Below, one piece after another: positions 20,078 to 30,647 of a stretch of 64,000 nucleotides of DNA. The notes beneath the pieces are model-generated. The model worked only from the letters and a program-made list of their open reading frames with translations, did not search any database and was not told the origin of the DNA. The position numbers and the translations under genes are program-made. Origin of the DNA: a virus (taxonomy: Duplodnaviria > Caudoviricetes); the IMG/VR virus record IMGVR_UViG_3300037067_004891, positions 320,001 through 384,000 of that record; one strand, 5' to 3'. Position 1 is the first letter of the stretch. Each line of letters starts with the position of its first letter.

Positions 20078-20451
20078 TGAACTACCACTAAGCTAAAGAC
20101 TTAGTGGTTTCAGGAAATAAATTCCGTCTCTTTAAATGCTTCACAGACTGTGCTTTATATATAACTTAAAAGTTAAAAAGTCTTAATTATCTCCACATTC
20201 GTAATCAGTCGTTCCAACTGATGTATATTTTTAAATTAAATTTAAAAATTAGTTACTACTTTTTGATTTTACTTGAAACAAGATTTTTCGTTTCAAAACC
20301 AAATTAAATCAAAGAACTTAAGTTAAAAAACTTATTTTCGTTTCTAACTATATTTTTTATATTAAAATATTTTAATAAAGTTTTAAATTATTTAGTTTAT
20401 TTTACTATTTTTGAAATTCATCCACGAAGCTAAAAGACTTCGTGGTTCTTT
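20078..20451 (-). mobile_element. Non-autonomous IS200/IS605 element A (no ORF; left-end hairpin, TnpB 3'/omegaRNA-like tract, right-end hairpin)
   Basis: Minus strand: TTGAA|AAAGAACCACGAAGTCTTTTAGCTTCGTGGATGAATTTC ... ATCAGTTGGAACGACTGATTACG ... GAAACCACTAAGTCTTTAGCTTAGTGGTAGTTCA. Confidence 0.8.
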
Positions 20452-20487
20452 TTCAATAAAAATATAGAAATTTTATAATTTTGTGAA

Positions 20488-20523
20488 AGAAAACCACTAA
20501 ATCTTCAGTTCAGTGGTAGTTCA
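20488..20523 (+). mobile_element. Single-hairpin left-end/right-end hybrid mini-element
   Basis: AGAAAACCACTAAATCTTCAGTTCAGTGGTAGTTCA. Confidence 0.65.
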
Positions 20524-20554
20524 AGTTATATATTAATACTTAAAAAAATTCGGA

Positions 20555-20588
20555 TTTTTATTTTCACAAATTAATATATAAAGAAAAA
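20555..20588 (+). promoter_or_regulatory. 34-bp upstream element containing TAATATATA, exactly repeated at 23432-23465
   Basis: TTTTTATTTTCACAAATTAATATATAAAGAAAAA precedes the starts at 20602 and 23479. Confidence 0.7.
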
Positions 20589-20601
20589 TAATATTTCTTT
20601 A

Positions 20602-22470
20602 ATGTATATTCAAAATAGTTCATTCTTATCTCCAACATTCAAAGTTATTCGACCATATGAATGTTCTATGGTTGTAATTGATGGTGTGGATACCGTAGGA
20701 AAAATATCTTTACAAAGTCTTGAAATAGAATATGATTCTTTTTTCACTTCTAAAATGACTTTAAGAGCAAATGAACAGAATAAACCAATTTTATATGGGT
20801 TTCTGGGTAATGATATAACTTTTTTAATGATCAAAGTTATATATGATAACGAAATAGACCCAAGATGTTGCAGTTCAACAGAAGATGAAAGATATATTGA
20901 GTATTTTTTTGCAGATGCCCCAGATATTATACGACCAATTAATCAGTTGATGATTTTATCGGGTAGTGAATCACATAGATTACCACAGGCTTTTTTAAAC
21001 AATCCACACAATTATCCTATTATAGTTGAAATAATGGTTGCAAGTCTTGTTTCTTTATCAGATACAAATATAGATACAAATATTACACAAGCTGTTATAG
21101 ATGGTCTTTATTATAATTCATTAATAACTGATGTTATTTTAAGTGGTTCTACACAATTTGAAATAATTAACGAAAATAATGATATTGTGTTTGTTTTACC
21201 AATTGAATTATTCGACACTGATGCAAATATTCATAATATCGAACAAACTGGTAACATTTTAACTATAACTACCGAAAATACACAAAAGGCTATACTTAAA
21301 TTTTTATCTATATGGGATGCTAATCAAGCTCATAGTAGATTTGATTGGATATTAGAAAATCCTGTTCATAGATATTTAACAAAAGATTCACCATCATCAG
21401 ATTTAATTGCTCCTGTTATGAATATAAACCCGTATGTTGATGGAATATTTAATAGTACTGGAGCTACAAGTGATCTACTGAGAACATATTATATTATTGA
21501 TGTATATGATGAAAGAGACGGTGAAATAGAGGTTAGTAATGTTGCAGTAATAATAAGGGAACATGATTTTATTACTACAATAAGTGAGATAACATCCGAA
21601 GGTATATATGATATTCTTTTTAGTATATCAGATATTGCTGGTAATGTGTCAAATATAATGAAAACTGCAATTTTTGATGCAACACCACCCGTTATTACTT
21701 TTACAACTGTTGCTGCTGGTAGTATCATACCTATGTCAATAACAAATGATAGTCAGTTGGTAATATCAGAAGGTTTGACTCAAATGGATGTTATCAGATT
21801 TTGTATCGATAGTGTTGTTGATAATATCGATGGTGTTATTGCTAATAGTGCTGTTACATTATCAATTACTGGAACTACTTTTCCAATAACAGTTGGTGGT
21901 TCGATACCAATTTCTTTTTCTATATCTGATATGGCACAGAATGAAACTTTAATTACAGGTAAAACGTTGCTTATTACTGATGATATTCCATCCGTTTTGA
22001 CAGATGGTATGATGTATTCAACTCCAACTGGTATAACAGGTGGTTTAGTAAGTGGTTATACATTCTATATTAATGGTGATTCTGGAACTACTTATAATTT
22101 ACAGTTTGTATCTGGTATTACAAAAGATAAGGATTTAGTAGTTGGACAATATTTTTCATTTACAATTATTGATGTTATCTTACCAAGTGGGAGTACGTAT
22201 CCAAGTTTAGATGCATATTTCTTAATGAATTTTGAAACTGGTACAACATTAGATTATTATGTTGATATGGCTAATGGTTTAGAGCCATTCTTTAATGTGA
22301 GTGGCGGTACAGTAGAACCTATAATTGACGGGTGTCTTGACACAATAGATTTAATTATACGTGGTGATTTTCCAACATCTACTTTACTTGTTAGTGGTTC
22401 AATTGAAGATCAACAGGGTAATGTGAATTCAATAATGTTTACTATGATTGTGGTAAACCCATTTGTTTAG
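20602..22470 (+). CDS. Virion structural protein with Ig-like repeats
   Basis: Acidic, beta-rich; repeated D..AP/PP V...D..DG.I...FSISD.A.N units. Confidence 0.6.
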   Translation: MYIQNSSFLSPTFKVIRPYECSMVVIDGVDTVGKISLQSLEIEYDSFFTSKMTLRANEQNKPILYGFLGNDITFLMIKVIYDNEIDPRCCSSTEDERYIEYFFADAPDIIRPINQLMILSGSESHRLPQAFLNNPHNYPIIVEIMVASLVSLSDTNIDTNITQAVIDGLYYNSLITDVILSGSTQFEIINENNDIVFVLPIELFDTDANIHNIEQTGNILTITTENTQKAILKFLSIWDANQAHSRFDWILENPVHRYLTKDSPSSDLIAPVMNINPYVDGIFNSTGATSDLLRTYYIIDVYDERDGEIEVSNVAVIIREHDFITTISEITSEGIYDILFSISDIAGNVSNIMKTAIFDATPPVITFTTVAAGSIIPMSITNDSQLVISEGLTQMDVIRFCIDSVVDNIDGVIANSAVTLSITGTTFPITVGGSIPISFSISDMAQNETLITGKTLLITDDIPSVLTDGMMYSTPTGITGGLVSGYTFYINGDSGTTYNLQFVSGITKDKDLVVGQYFSFTIIDVILPSGSTYPSLDAYFLMNFETGTTLDYYVDMANGLEPFFNVSGGTVEPIIDGCLDTIDLIIRGDFPTSTLLVSGSIEDQQGNVNSIMFTMIVVNPFV

Positions 22471-22490
22471 TATTGAGTTTTTATATTTTT

Positions 22491-22524
22491 AAATCACCTA
22501 TTTTTAAATGGGTGATTTTTTTTT
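22491..22524 (+). terminator. Intrinsic terminator
   Basis: AAATCACCTATT...AATGGGTGATTT hairpin followed by a T tract. Confidence 0.75.
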
Positions 22525-22595
22525 AATAAAATGAGGAAAAAAGTCATTTAGACCCAAATAAGTTAAATATATATAAACAAAAAAGTTATTATTTT

Positions 22596-23063
22596 ATGAA
22601 AAATTTAGATTTATTTAGATTAAAAGAAGGTTTAAATGACGTATCAAATTTAAAAGGTGTTAAATTTGCATATGTTGTTTTGAAAAATAAAAAATATATT
22701 GATGAAGAAATAGAATCTCTTCAAAAATCTATTGAAATGTCAGTTGATTTTCAAGAATTTGATAGGATGCGTATTAATCTTTGTGAACAACACTCTGAAA
22801 AAAACACAGACGGTTCTCCTGTTATTATAAATAATGCATATAATATTTTAGATAAAAAAACATTCGAAGATGATGTATTGAAACTAAAAAACAAATTTGT
22901 TGAAGCAGTATCTGAAAGAGACAATCAATTAAGAGAATACGATAAATTGTTAAAAGATGATTGTACAATATTCGATAAACTTGTTAAAATAAAAATAGAA
23001 TATATTCCAGATGATATTTCTTCTAATCAATTAGAAAATATTAAAGAAATTATTGAAGACTAA
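22596..23063 (+). CDS. Helical hypothetical protein (possible fibre-associated chaperone)
   Basis: 155-aa coiled-coil-rich ORF within the fibre cluster. Confidence 0.5.
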   Translation: MKNLDLFRLKEGLNDVSNLKGVKFAYVVLKNKKYIDEEIESLQKSIEMSVDFQEFDRMRINLCEQHSEKNTDGSPVIINNAYNILDKKTFEDDVLKLKNKFVEAVSERDNQLREYDKLLKDDCTIFDKLVKIKIEYIPDDISSNQLENIKEIIED

Positions 23064-23083
23064 AAATTTATGGTTTTCTTGAA

Positions 23084-23388
23084 AGAAAAACCACGAAGTC
23101 TTTAGCTTCGTGGATGAATTTCAAAATTAATTCAAAAAAGAAATAATTCAAAAACTTAAAACAAAACCAAAACCAAAACCAAAACAATTTAATATATAAT
23201 AAAAAAAGTTCTTTAATATATTTGATTTTTAACTAAAATCTTAATAAAATCTTAATAAAAAGTAATTAAATATTAAAATATTATCTGGTTCAGGAACTGA
23301 GTTGGATATAAAACAAAAACAGGTGGAGGCGTTATCATTAAGTCTACGAAACTTGAAACCTCTCAATCTTTAGTTTAGAGGTAGTTCA
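23084..23388 (+). mobile_element. Non-autonomous IS200/IS605 element B
   Basis: TTGAA|AGAAAAACCACGAAGTCTTTAGCTTCGTGGATGAATTTC; internal TAATATATA at 23190; TCTGGTTCAGGAACTGAG...GAGGCG TnpB-3'-like tract; right end CCTCTCAATCTTTAGTTTAGAGGTAGTTCA. Confidence 0.8.
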
Positions 23389-23410
23389 TATATTTTTGTT
23401 ATATTAACTT

Positions 23411-23436
23411 CCCAACTTAATTAAGTTGGGTTTTTT
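23411..23436 (+). terminator. Intrinsic terminator
   Basis: CCCAACTTAATTAAGTTGGG palindrome plus T6, 22 nt after the element B right end. Confidence 0.7.
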
Positions 23437-23478
23437 ATTTTCACAAATTAATATATAAAGAAAAACATTTAAATAATA

Positions 23479-24060
23479 ATGGCATCATTTAATTATACAT
23501 TGGAAACTTTTTTGGCTAATCCAGCCCCTGGTGACACCCAATTGCGTGTTTATGATAAAAATAGAGTAATAAAACATACACTTAACCCAGATTTATCATC
23601 TTTTTTTGTTAAGAATAATTTAGTTATTATCAAAGTAGAAAACACAAATGATATTATATTAAATTTTGAAACAACCCCAGTTGCAATTCAAGCATTAGCT
23701 AAATTGAATTGGGCTAAAAAAGAAGTATCAAAATCCCCAGTTATTATCGTTTCAACAGTTGTGTTTTCGCTGGCGAACTTAAATATGGACGGACAGATCA
23801 CCGTAGTTGATGGGGATTTAGCTTGTGATCAACCAATAGGTGATGACCCACTATCAAATGTTAGAGTGTTTATAAATGGTGTAGAAGTTAGTGTTGGAGC
23901 AGATTTAGACTGTTTCTTTTCACCAGATGGTGGTACTACAAAAAGAAACCCAGCCGAAGCAGTGAGTGGCGACTTTTTACATTGGAATGGTAGTTATATA
24001 GGTTTTCAATTAGATGCTATTGATCAAATAGATTTTATTTATCTGATTAAAAATAACTAA
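23479..24060 (+). CDS. Virion protein with the shared NG.../FSxDGG fibre module
   Basis: LAC...VFINGV...CFFSPDGGTT...GDFLHWN...IDFIY shared with 27566 and 37599. Confidence 0.65.
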   Translation: MASFNYTLETFLANPAPGDTQLRVYDKNRVIKHTLNPDLSSFFVKNNLVIIKVENTNDIILNFETTPVAIQALAKLNWAKKEVSKSPVIIVSTVVFSLANLNMDGQITVVDGDLACDQPIGDDPLSNVRVFINGVEVSVGADLDCFFSPDGGTTKRNPAEAVSGDFLHWNGSYIGFQLDAIDQIDFIYLIKNN

Positions 24061-24065
24061 ATGAT

Positions 24066-24806
24066 ATGATTAAAAAATTTGAAGATTTTCTTTTTGAGAA
24101 AATGGATATTAGAAACGATATCGATTTACAAAAAGAATTTGATGATATAAATAAAAGGTGTTTTAATAATGAAGTAGAAAAAATTCCTTTAGTTTGGATA
24201 AAAAGTAAAAAGGTTTGTGGAAGAACTCATGCTACATATTACCCAGCTTCTAAAACATATAAAGTAGAAAAAATAGAAATATCTTATTTTTATGAATTAG
24301 ATTACGAAAAATTTAAGGATATCATGGCACATGAAATGATTCATGCCTATATGTATCAGAAAAATATAAAAGAATATGGTGGTTCTCACGGAATTCGTTT
24401 TAAAGAATGGATGGATAAGTTAAATAAAATGGGGTTCAATATTAATATTAAGGATGATGCAGAATTTTTTAAAGTTTCAAATGATAATGAATTAAGTAGT
24501 CCAGTTGTAGTTATCTTAATAAAGGATGAAAAGAATAATAATATAAATTTTTCGATAGCACTATTCCAAGAAAATTTTATTACCGATGAAACCAAAGACT
24601 GGATAATAAAAATGTTTAAAAGAAATAATATTTATAATCACATGAAATATTATTTAACTTTTATTAAATCCAAAGATTCTCGTTTGAAAAAATTTCAAGT
24701 TAAAAGAAGTGCATCATCATTCGGGACATATACTATATCTGAACAATTTTATAACGAATTAATGGAACAAGGTGATATTTTGTATAACACTACTCTCATA
24801 GAGTAG
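24066..24806 (+). CDS. SprT-like zinc metalloprotease with capsid-targeting-like N-terminus
   Basis: HEMIH...HG..F; N-terminus MIKKFEDFLFE. Confidence 0.8.
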   Translation: MIKKFEDFLFEKMDIRNDIDLQKEFDDINKRCFNNEVEKIPLVWIKSKKVCGRTHATYYPASKTYKVEKIEISYFYELDYEKFKDIMAHEMIHAYMYQKNIKEYGGSHGIRFKEWMDKLNKMGFNINIKDDAEFFKVSNDNELSSPVVVILIKDEKNNNINFSIALFQENFITDETKDWIIKMFKRNNIYNHMKYYLTFIKSKDSRLKKFQVKRSASSFGTYTISEQFYNELMEQGDILYNTTLIE

Positions 24807-25308
24807 ATTCGAAAATACTATCTAATTTAGCCTTTCTTACAAATGCTTTTAATTCACTATCAGTTTTGAATACTTTTTCCAATTCTTTTTCCGAAATTAT
24901 ATTTAAAATATTAAATTTAATCAAAGGAAAATCATCCAAATAAAGTCTGAATTCACCTGAAAAATTTACACCACCATTAAAAGTTCCAGTATGGAAACCA
25001 AGTTGTGTTGAAAAACAAGCGGTTTGACAGAAAGGTGAATCAATCAAATTTTTCGTTGGTAATACTAACCATTCGCCCTTAATCCAACCTCTGAACCCTA
25101 AATAATTTTTACTTGTATTATTAGAATAACGTCTAACAACATTTAATGGGTTATCGTGGGAGATGTTTATAAATTCAAAATGGAAATCTTTCCAATTTTT
25201 AAATTTAACAACACCACCATGTATAATTTTCATATTTCGAATATAATTTTTTTCCAATTCGTCTAAATTTTTTGAATTTAAACGAGCCTGATTTTTTAAT
25301 GTATTCAT
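24796..25308 (-). CDS. Hypothetical protein with C-terminal RKAKLDSIF motif
   Basis: 170-aa ORF. Confidence 0.6.
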   Translation of the reverse strand: MNTLKNQARLNSKNLDELEKNYIRNMKIIHGGVVKFKNWKDFHFEFINISHDNPLNVVRRYSNNTSKNYLGFRGWIKGEWLVLPTKNLIDSPFCQTACFSTQLGFHTGTFNGGVNFSGEFRLYLDDFPLIKFNILNIISEKELEKVFKTDSELKAFVRKAKLDSIFESTL

Positions 25309-25593
25309 TTATTTAATCATCAATAATATTTTAAACAAAGATAGTAAAAAATATATTATACGTATAAAAATATTTTTATTTTAAAAAATTAATATATAAA
25401 AATATATTGAATAATTTGATTTTAATATATATTTTTATAAAAAACGCTAAAATTAAATATAGAGTTTCAATCGATGAATTAAATTATCGATTGTTTTCGA
25501 GTCAAAAATATAATAATTTAATAAATGTTTTAACCGATTTTTATTAATTTTTATCATTTTGATATTTAAAACAAAAGTAATTTTTAAAATATT

Positions 25594-27369
25594 ATGCCTA
25601 AAATTCGTGGAAAGCAAATAAACGCTGATACTTTACCTGTAAACCCATATGATGTGGTTAATAAAGCATACGCTGATAGTTTAGTTATATCAGGTGGCAC
25701 AGGTGCTATCACTATTCAAGACGAAGGAATTCTTGTTAGTTCTGGTGCAACTGTTTTGAATTTTATAGGTACATCGGTTTTAGCTCAACAAGGAATAGGT
25801 AGAGTTGATATTTTTATACCAGCACCAACATATTCTTCACATTTTAATACAAGTGACGGAACTACAAATGCTGTGTTATCAAATATTGCAACCACAAACA
25901 GATATATTTCAAGTCCAACAACAGAAGGAGACCCCTTTAAAATAGGTAGCTGGGTTGGTGGTTCTACTCATACATCAATAAGAAACATAACAAACCCATC
26001 TTATTTAACACCAGAAACATTTTCTATTTTTAATAGTGCAACAACTTTAAGAACAAGATTATATGATGCCGATGGAACATCAATTTTAGCTGAAAATCTT
26101 ATTACATTAAATGCTGACGGTGTGTTTTCAACTGGTGGTATAATGTACACTGTTACTGGGTGGAGTTCTGATTCTGATAGGTATAAGGCAACTGTTTCTA
26201 TTAGTATACAAATACCTACTGGTGGAAGATATAGTATTGAAATAATACATAATAATGGTGCTGATGGCACTTATACTTTTACTCAAACTAATATATTCAA
26301 AGACTCTGAAATACTGAATGCTAACCTTGACACATCAGTGTTAACGATAGAAGAAGGAACAAGTATTATTACTAAACATATTAGTGGCGTTGAATTTTAT
26401 ACATTAAATACACAATGGCACATCCATGTAACGAATGTAAATAATCTAAATAGTATATCTTTTCCGACTACACAACAAATGGTGTTAAGTGAAAGTAACT
26501 TATTTATATCAACTGATTTAAATGTACATGGTTTGGGTGGTTCTTATGATACTTTTTCTGGGACTACATGGACAAACTTGCATAATAATACGGGCGCAAC
26601 TTATGATAAATTAAACTGGGCTACCAATCAGACTAATCAGATAAACTGGAATAATGGTAGTGGAACAATAAATCCGAATACAATTACTGCAAGTGTATAC
26701 GACTGGAGTTTAGTTGATACTGCTATATCATCTGGATATAATTATTTGATTGACACATTAGTAGACGGTTCAGATAGAAATTCTGAAATGTTCAGAAGTG
26801 AAAACACTGCTGGCTATCCAAGATTACAATCAGGTTTAACAACATCTTGGGATAGTTCGGTTTCTTTATTAACCCAAGATGGTGGTTCAGGATTACAAAT
26901 CTTAGGCGATAGATTAGTATATCCAAAAAATAATTTTACTATTTATAACCCGAATATGGGTTCTCAACCTAATTATACATCTTCAAGTGGTAATAAACAT
27001 TATTATAGAAGATTTGATACTAATGGTGCTAATATATCAAATGGTATTATTGTTTTTTCAGACCATAATTTAGTTGAATCTGATTTAACTGGTAATACAG
27101 TACATTTTGATATTTCAATTGATAATGGTGCAAGCTGGTTTAATTTAAATTCTCAATATGTTGGTGGTTCATTGTCAGATGGTTCTGGATGTAGAACTGA
27201 TGTATTAGAATATGGATTAGGTGCTGGTACAACTAATAATAATGCATTAAGATTCACATTGGGACTTGGTGGTACATCAACCTTTATTTATTTGAGAATA
27301 ATATACAGTTCATCTGCTATTAATAAATATATAGGTGGAATTGATATCACTGATGCTAATTGGATTTAA
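25594..27369 (+). CDS. Virion fibre/decoration protein (GKQ N-terminus)
   Basis: MPKIRGKQI, VVNKAYAD, S/T/G-rich; C-terminal domain paralogous to 33571. Confidence 0.7.
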   Translation: MPKIRGKQINADTLPVNPYDVVNKAYADSLVISGGTGAITIQDEGILVSSGATVLNFIGTSVLAQQGIGRVDIFIPAPTYSSHFNTSDGTTNAVLSNIATTNRYISSPTTEGDPFKIGSWVGGSTHTSIRNITNPSYLTPETFSIFNSATTLRTRLYDADGTSILAENLITLNADGVFSTGGIMYTVTGWSSDSDRYKATVSISIQIPTGGRYSIEIIHNNGADGTYTFTQTNIFKDSEILNANLDTSVLTIEEGTSIITKHISGVEFYTLNTQWHIHVTNVNNLNSISFPTTQQMVLSESNLFISTDLNVHGLGGSYDTFSGTTWTNLHNNTGATYDKLNWATNQTNQINWNNGSGTINPNTITASVYDWSLVDTAISSGYNYLIDTLVDGSDRNSEMFRSENTAGYPRLQSGLTTSWDSSVSLLTQDGGSGLQILGDRLVYPKNNFTIYNPNMGSQPNYTSSSGNKHYYRRFDTNGANISNGIIVFSDHNLVESDLTGNTVHFDISIDNGASWFNLNSQYVGGSLSDGSGCRTDVLEYGLGAGTTNNNALRFTLGLGGTSTFIYLRIIYSSSAINKYIGGIDITDANWI

Positions 27370-27386
27370 AAAATAAAATATAAATC

Positions 27387-27548
27387 ATGTCAGATTTTGA
27401 AATAAAAAAAATATCAGAAAATAAGTATTACTTAAATTTAATTAAGGATGTTGAAGGTAATATTTCTTCAAATGGTTTGTCTTTTGATAAAAACGAATTG
27501 TACAAATTGTATATGAAGTTGCGTGATATTTTCAGCGTTGCTGAATAA
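27387..27548 (+). CDS. Small hypothetical protein (53 aa, not in the ORF track)
   Basis: MSDFEIKKISENKYY...FSVAE* fills the intergenic gap. Confidence 0.5.
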   Translation: MSDFEIKKISENKYYLNLIKDVEGNISSNGLSFDKNELYKLYMKLRDIFSVAE

Positions 27549-27565
27549 AAATTAAAAACTTTTAA

Positions 27566-28816
27566 ATGGGTTCATTATCAACAAACGAACAAAGAAAGCT
27601 GGCATATTTTCATGCACTAAGTAAAACTATGACCGAAGGTACACAAGATGCGTATGAAACAAGATATAAATCTTCGCATAATGTTACTTTGAATGAAGTA
27701 TGGGCTGATAATATATATTTTGCTGCTGATTATACAACTGCTGTTGCAGAATCTTTGACTAATTCAGCCGTTACATTATTTGAACAGGTAGAAATGGATA
27801 TGATTTATGGTTCAAATGGTCAGGCATATTCTTATATTTCTGGTGGTACATATAAAGATTCTTCATATCCATTAAACGAACGTGGACAATTAACATCTGG
27901 TGCAACATATATTCGTCCTTGGATTGCTTCAACTGATATACCACATCCGATAACAAACGACCCAAGTAATGGTTATGCTCTTAGGTTATTCAGGGGTAAT
28001 AATACTGAAATATTTTTAACAGAGGGGGCATGGAGTGTTGATTATTATTCTGGTGTTATTCACTTTGCACAAGGTTACGCACCTGCTGATTTAAATTGGG
28101 GTGCGATAAAAGCTACATTTTTTCAATATTCGGGTAATTATGGTGCATCTGGTACAACTGGTGGTTTTACTTCGGCTCAATTTAATTCTGGTACAAGCCA
28201 AATAATTTTTAATTCAGGTGAGACAAGTGAAACAGTATTAGATTTAAGTTCACTTAATAATTTAAGTGGTTTCACAACTGCAATTTTTGATAATTTAACA
28301 AATCATTTAGTTTTTAACTCAGGTGGAACTAATCAAACAATTGTTGATTTAAGCTGGTTAAAAGATAATAGTGGATTTACTTCTGTTGAATTTAATTCAG
28401 GTAATAATTATTTGATTTTTAACTCAGGTGGAACAAATCAACAGACGGTGGATTTAACAAGTTTAAAAAGTATCACAGGATTAACTATTTTGTTATCCAA
28501 TTTGAATATTGACATGTCAACTAATACAACAAATTCTGGTTCAACTTTAGCTTGTAATACTGCTTTATTAAACAGTTCTATAATAAATTCATATGTATCA
28601 GTTTATGTTAATGGTATTCAAATGATAGTTGGTGATGGTGTTAAAACTAAAGATTGTTACTTTAGTAGCGATGGTGGAACAACTGCTAAACCATCCAATA
28701 ATGTTATATTTGGTGATTTATTATATTGGAGTTATGATATTGGTGGTAATCCTATTTCGGGGTTCAATTTAAATGCTGCTACCGATAAGGTGACGTTTAT
28801 TTATTTGACACTATAA
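27566..28816 (+). CDS. Virion fibre protein
   Basis: N-terminal domain paralogous to 35282 (EGAWSVDYYSGVIHF); three GFT..F......FNSG.T....DLS repeats; C-terminal FSSDGG module. Confidence 0.7.
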   Translation: MGSLSTNEQRKLAYFHALSKTMTEGTQDAYETRYKSSHNVTLNEVWADNIYFAADYTTAVAESLTNSAVTLFEQVEMDMIYGSNGQAYSYISGGTYKDSSYPLNERGQLTSGATYIRPWIASTDIPHPITNDPSNGYALRLFRGNNTEIFLTEGAWSVDYYSGVIHFAQGYAPADLNWGAIKATFFQYSGNYGASGTTGGFTSAQFNSGTSQIIFNSGETSETVLDLSSLNNLSGFTTAIFDNLTNHLVFNSGGTNQTIVDLSWLKDNSGFTSVEFNSGNNYLIFNSGGTNQQTVDLTSLKSITGLTILLSNLNIDMSTNTTNSGSTLACNTALLNSSIINSYVSVYVNGIQMIVGDGVKTKDCYFSSDGGTTAKPSNNVIFGDLLYWSYDIGGNPISGFNLNAATDKVTFIYLTL

Positions 28817-30393
28817 TTACACCATTCAAATATTAAATTACCAGAATCATATATTTTATTGATATGTTTGATATTTTTTTGAAGTATTTTTTCTTTTTCG
28901 ATAAATATTTCATTATTATGGTGATAAAAACAATTAGGTTCTGTTTTTGATAATAATTTAAATCCAAAATTTGAAAATAGAAAATTTGGATAAGAACGGT
29001 TCATAATATATTTAACATTATCTGGTTTATGTTTTAATATGAAATAATCAAATAATTTCATATATCCATCAATTATATTATAATTATTTTTATTACAAAT
29101 TGATATTATATTGTATTTGTTTTTATGTTTTTGTATTCCAATTATAGAAATTAAAATATCTTCATAATACAAACCATATCTTATATTAGATTTATTATCA
29201 CTTAAAATATTGTTATTCTTAATAAATAAACAAAAATCTGTTTTTGATACTTTTTTTAAAATACAATTTTCAGATGATATTATTTTCGAATATGAATTTA
29301 AACATTGTAATATGTAATTTTTTACACATTCTTCTTTCGTATCCAAATCATGTTCCCAAATATGAATTAATTTTATGTTCTTTTCTTCACATAAATCTGA
29401 TTTTATTTTATGATAATATTTAGATTTATTTAGATTGTTATGCCAGTACATACCATTAAATTCAAAAGCTAAATTTAAATTTGGTAGAAATATATCCAAT
29501 TCGTATGGGTGTATTATATTTTTTGTATTTGTTATTATATCATAATTATAATTATTTCTAATGAAATCTAATATATTATGTTCTTTATTTGATTTATTTA
29601 GATTTCCGACTGGATTGCAAATTGTACAAACTGTACATTTAGAAACATTTTTTCTAAGATAATATAAACTACTGCTTATTTTAAATGTGTGAGTTAAATT
29701 TTTATCACAATTTAGTAAATAAAATCCACTTTCATCAATATCTAATATATCTTCATTTTTATTTTTAATATTATTTTGTCTGGTTTTCTTAATTTTAATT
29801 TTAGTGTCATCTAAACGTAGAGGATAATCTATATTATATTTTGATATGTTTGTTTCTATTGTTTTTCGTTTTATATTTTCATTTTTAGCTGGAATTTCAT
29901 AACCATATTTATTTTTACATGTATGTTTTATATTTTCTTGAATTTCTTTGTTTGAAAGTGGATTATCAACACCAAAATTTATTCGACAAGTTTCTTTAAA
30001 TTTGTCTTTATATTCTACCGTTTTTGAATAATGTTCAACACCATATTTATCTAAGCAGGTAGCCTTATAATTATCTCTAACTTGTTTATTTTTATTTGGA
30101 TGTGTTTCGTTATATTTTATGATACATGTATTTTGAAATTTATTTTTAGAACACTTTGAAGAACACGAATAATATCCACCTTTACTAATACTTCTATTAT
30201 ATTCATTAAAAGATAATAGTTTTTCTTTACCACAAATATCACATTTCACTCTTATAAGAACACTACTACCTTTTTTTAAATCGATAACTTTAACTTTTAT
30301 TTTTGTGTGACATTTAACAACATAACCTAAATTTTTAAAATGTTTATGATTACTTGGAGTAATCATAATATCAACAAGTTCATCTAAAATCAT
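28801..30393 (-). CDS. Hef-like homing endonuclease paralog
   Basis: CDICG, KYGV repeats, ELDIFLPNLNLAFEFNGMYWH. Confidence 0.75.
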   Translation of the reverse strand: MILDELVDIMITPSNHKHFKNLGYVVKCHTKIKVKVIDLKKGSSVLIRVKCDICGKEKLLSFNEYNRSISKGGYYSCSSKCSKNKFQNTCIIKYNETHPNKNKQVRDNYKATCLDKYGVEHYSKTVEYKDKFKETCRINFGVDNPLSNKEIQENIKHTCKNKYGYEIPAKNENIKRKTIETNISKYNIDYPLRLDDTKIKIKKTRQNNIKNKNEDILDIDESGFYLLNCDKNLTHTFKISSSLYYLRKNVSKCTVCTICNPVGNLNKSNKEHNILDFIRNNYNYDIITNTKNIIHPYELDIFLPNLNLAFEFNGMYWHNNLNKSKYYHKIKSDLCEEKNIKLIHIWEHDLDTKEECVKNYILQCLNSYSKIISSENCILKKVSKTDFCLFIKNNNILSDNKSNIRYGLYYEDILISIIGIQKHKNKYNIISICNKNNYNIIDGYMKLFDYFILKHKPDNVKYIMNRSYPNFLFSNFGFKLLSKTEPNCFYHHNNEIFIEKEKILQKNIKHINKIYDSGNLIFEWCNYSVK

Positions 30394-30411
30394 TATTTAA
30401 ATTTATATTTT

Positions 30412-30423
30412 TAATATATATTA
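30412..30423. promoter_or_regulatory. Palindromic TAATATATATTA, putative divergent promoter
   Basis: Contains TAATATATA on both strands between divergent genes. Confidence 0.5.
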
Positions 30424-30442
30424 TAAAAATATGGTCTCATTA

Positions 30443-30644
30443 ATGAATTCGATATTATCATATACTAATTTTTTGAATGAAAATAAATCAAATAAAAATT
30501 ATTAAATATATTGAAACAAATGGTGCTATATTAATAGTAAATGATATTCTTTGTGATGGTGTGATTGATTCACACAATGAGCAAATAATGGATGCTGTAA
30601 TTTTTAACAGTGAACAAATATTAACAATAAAAAAATATTTATAA
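30443..30644 (+). pseudogene. Deleted and frameshifted remnant of an ART-PolyVal-like gene
   Basis: MNSILSYTNFLNE leader; another frame ends DGVIDSHNEQIMDAVIFNSEQILTIKKYL*. Confidence 0.45.
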
Positions 30645-30647
30645 AAT

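Noticed and set aside
20078-23388. CRISPR array associated with the TnpB/Cas12f-like gene
   Set aside because: The hairpin repeats are dispersed, occur on both strands and have transposon-end structure; there is no regular repeat-spacer period
25467-25492. CAATCGAT...ATCGATTG hairpin in the leader of 25594 as an ncRNA or riboswitch
   Set aside because: Single short stem with no recognisable family
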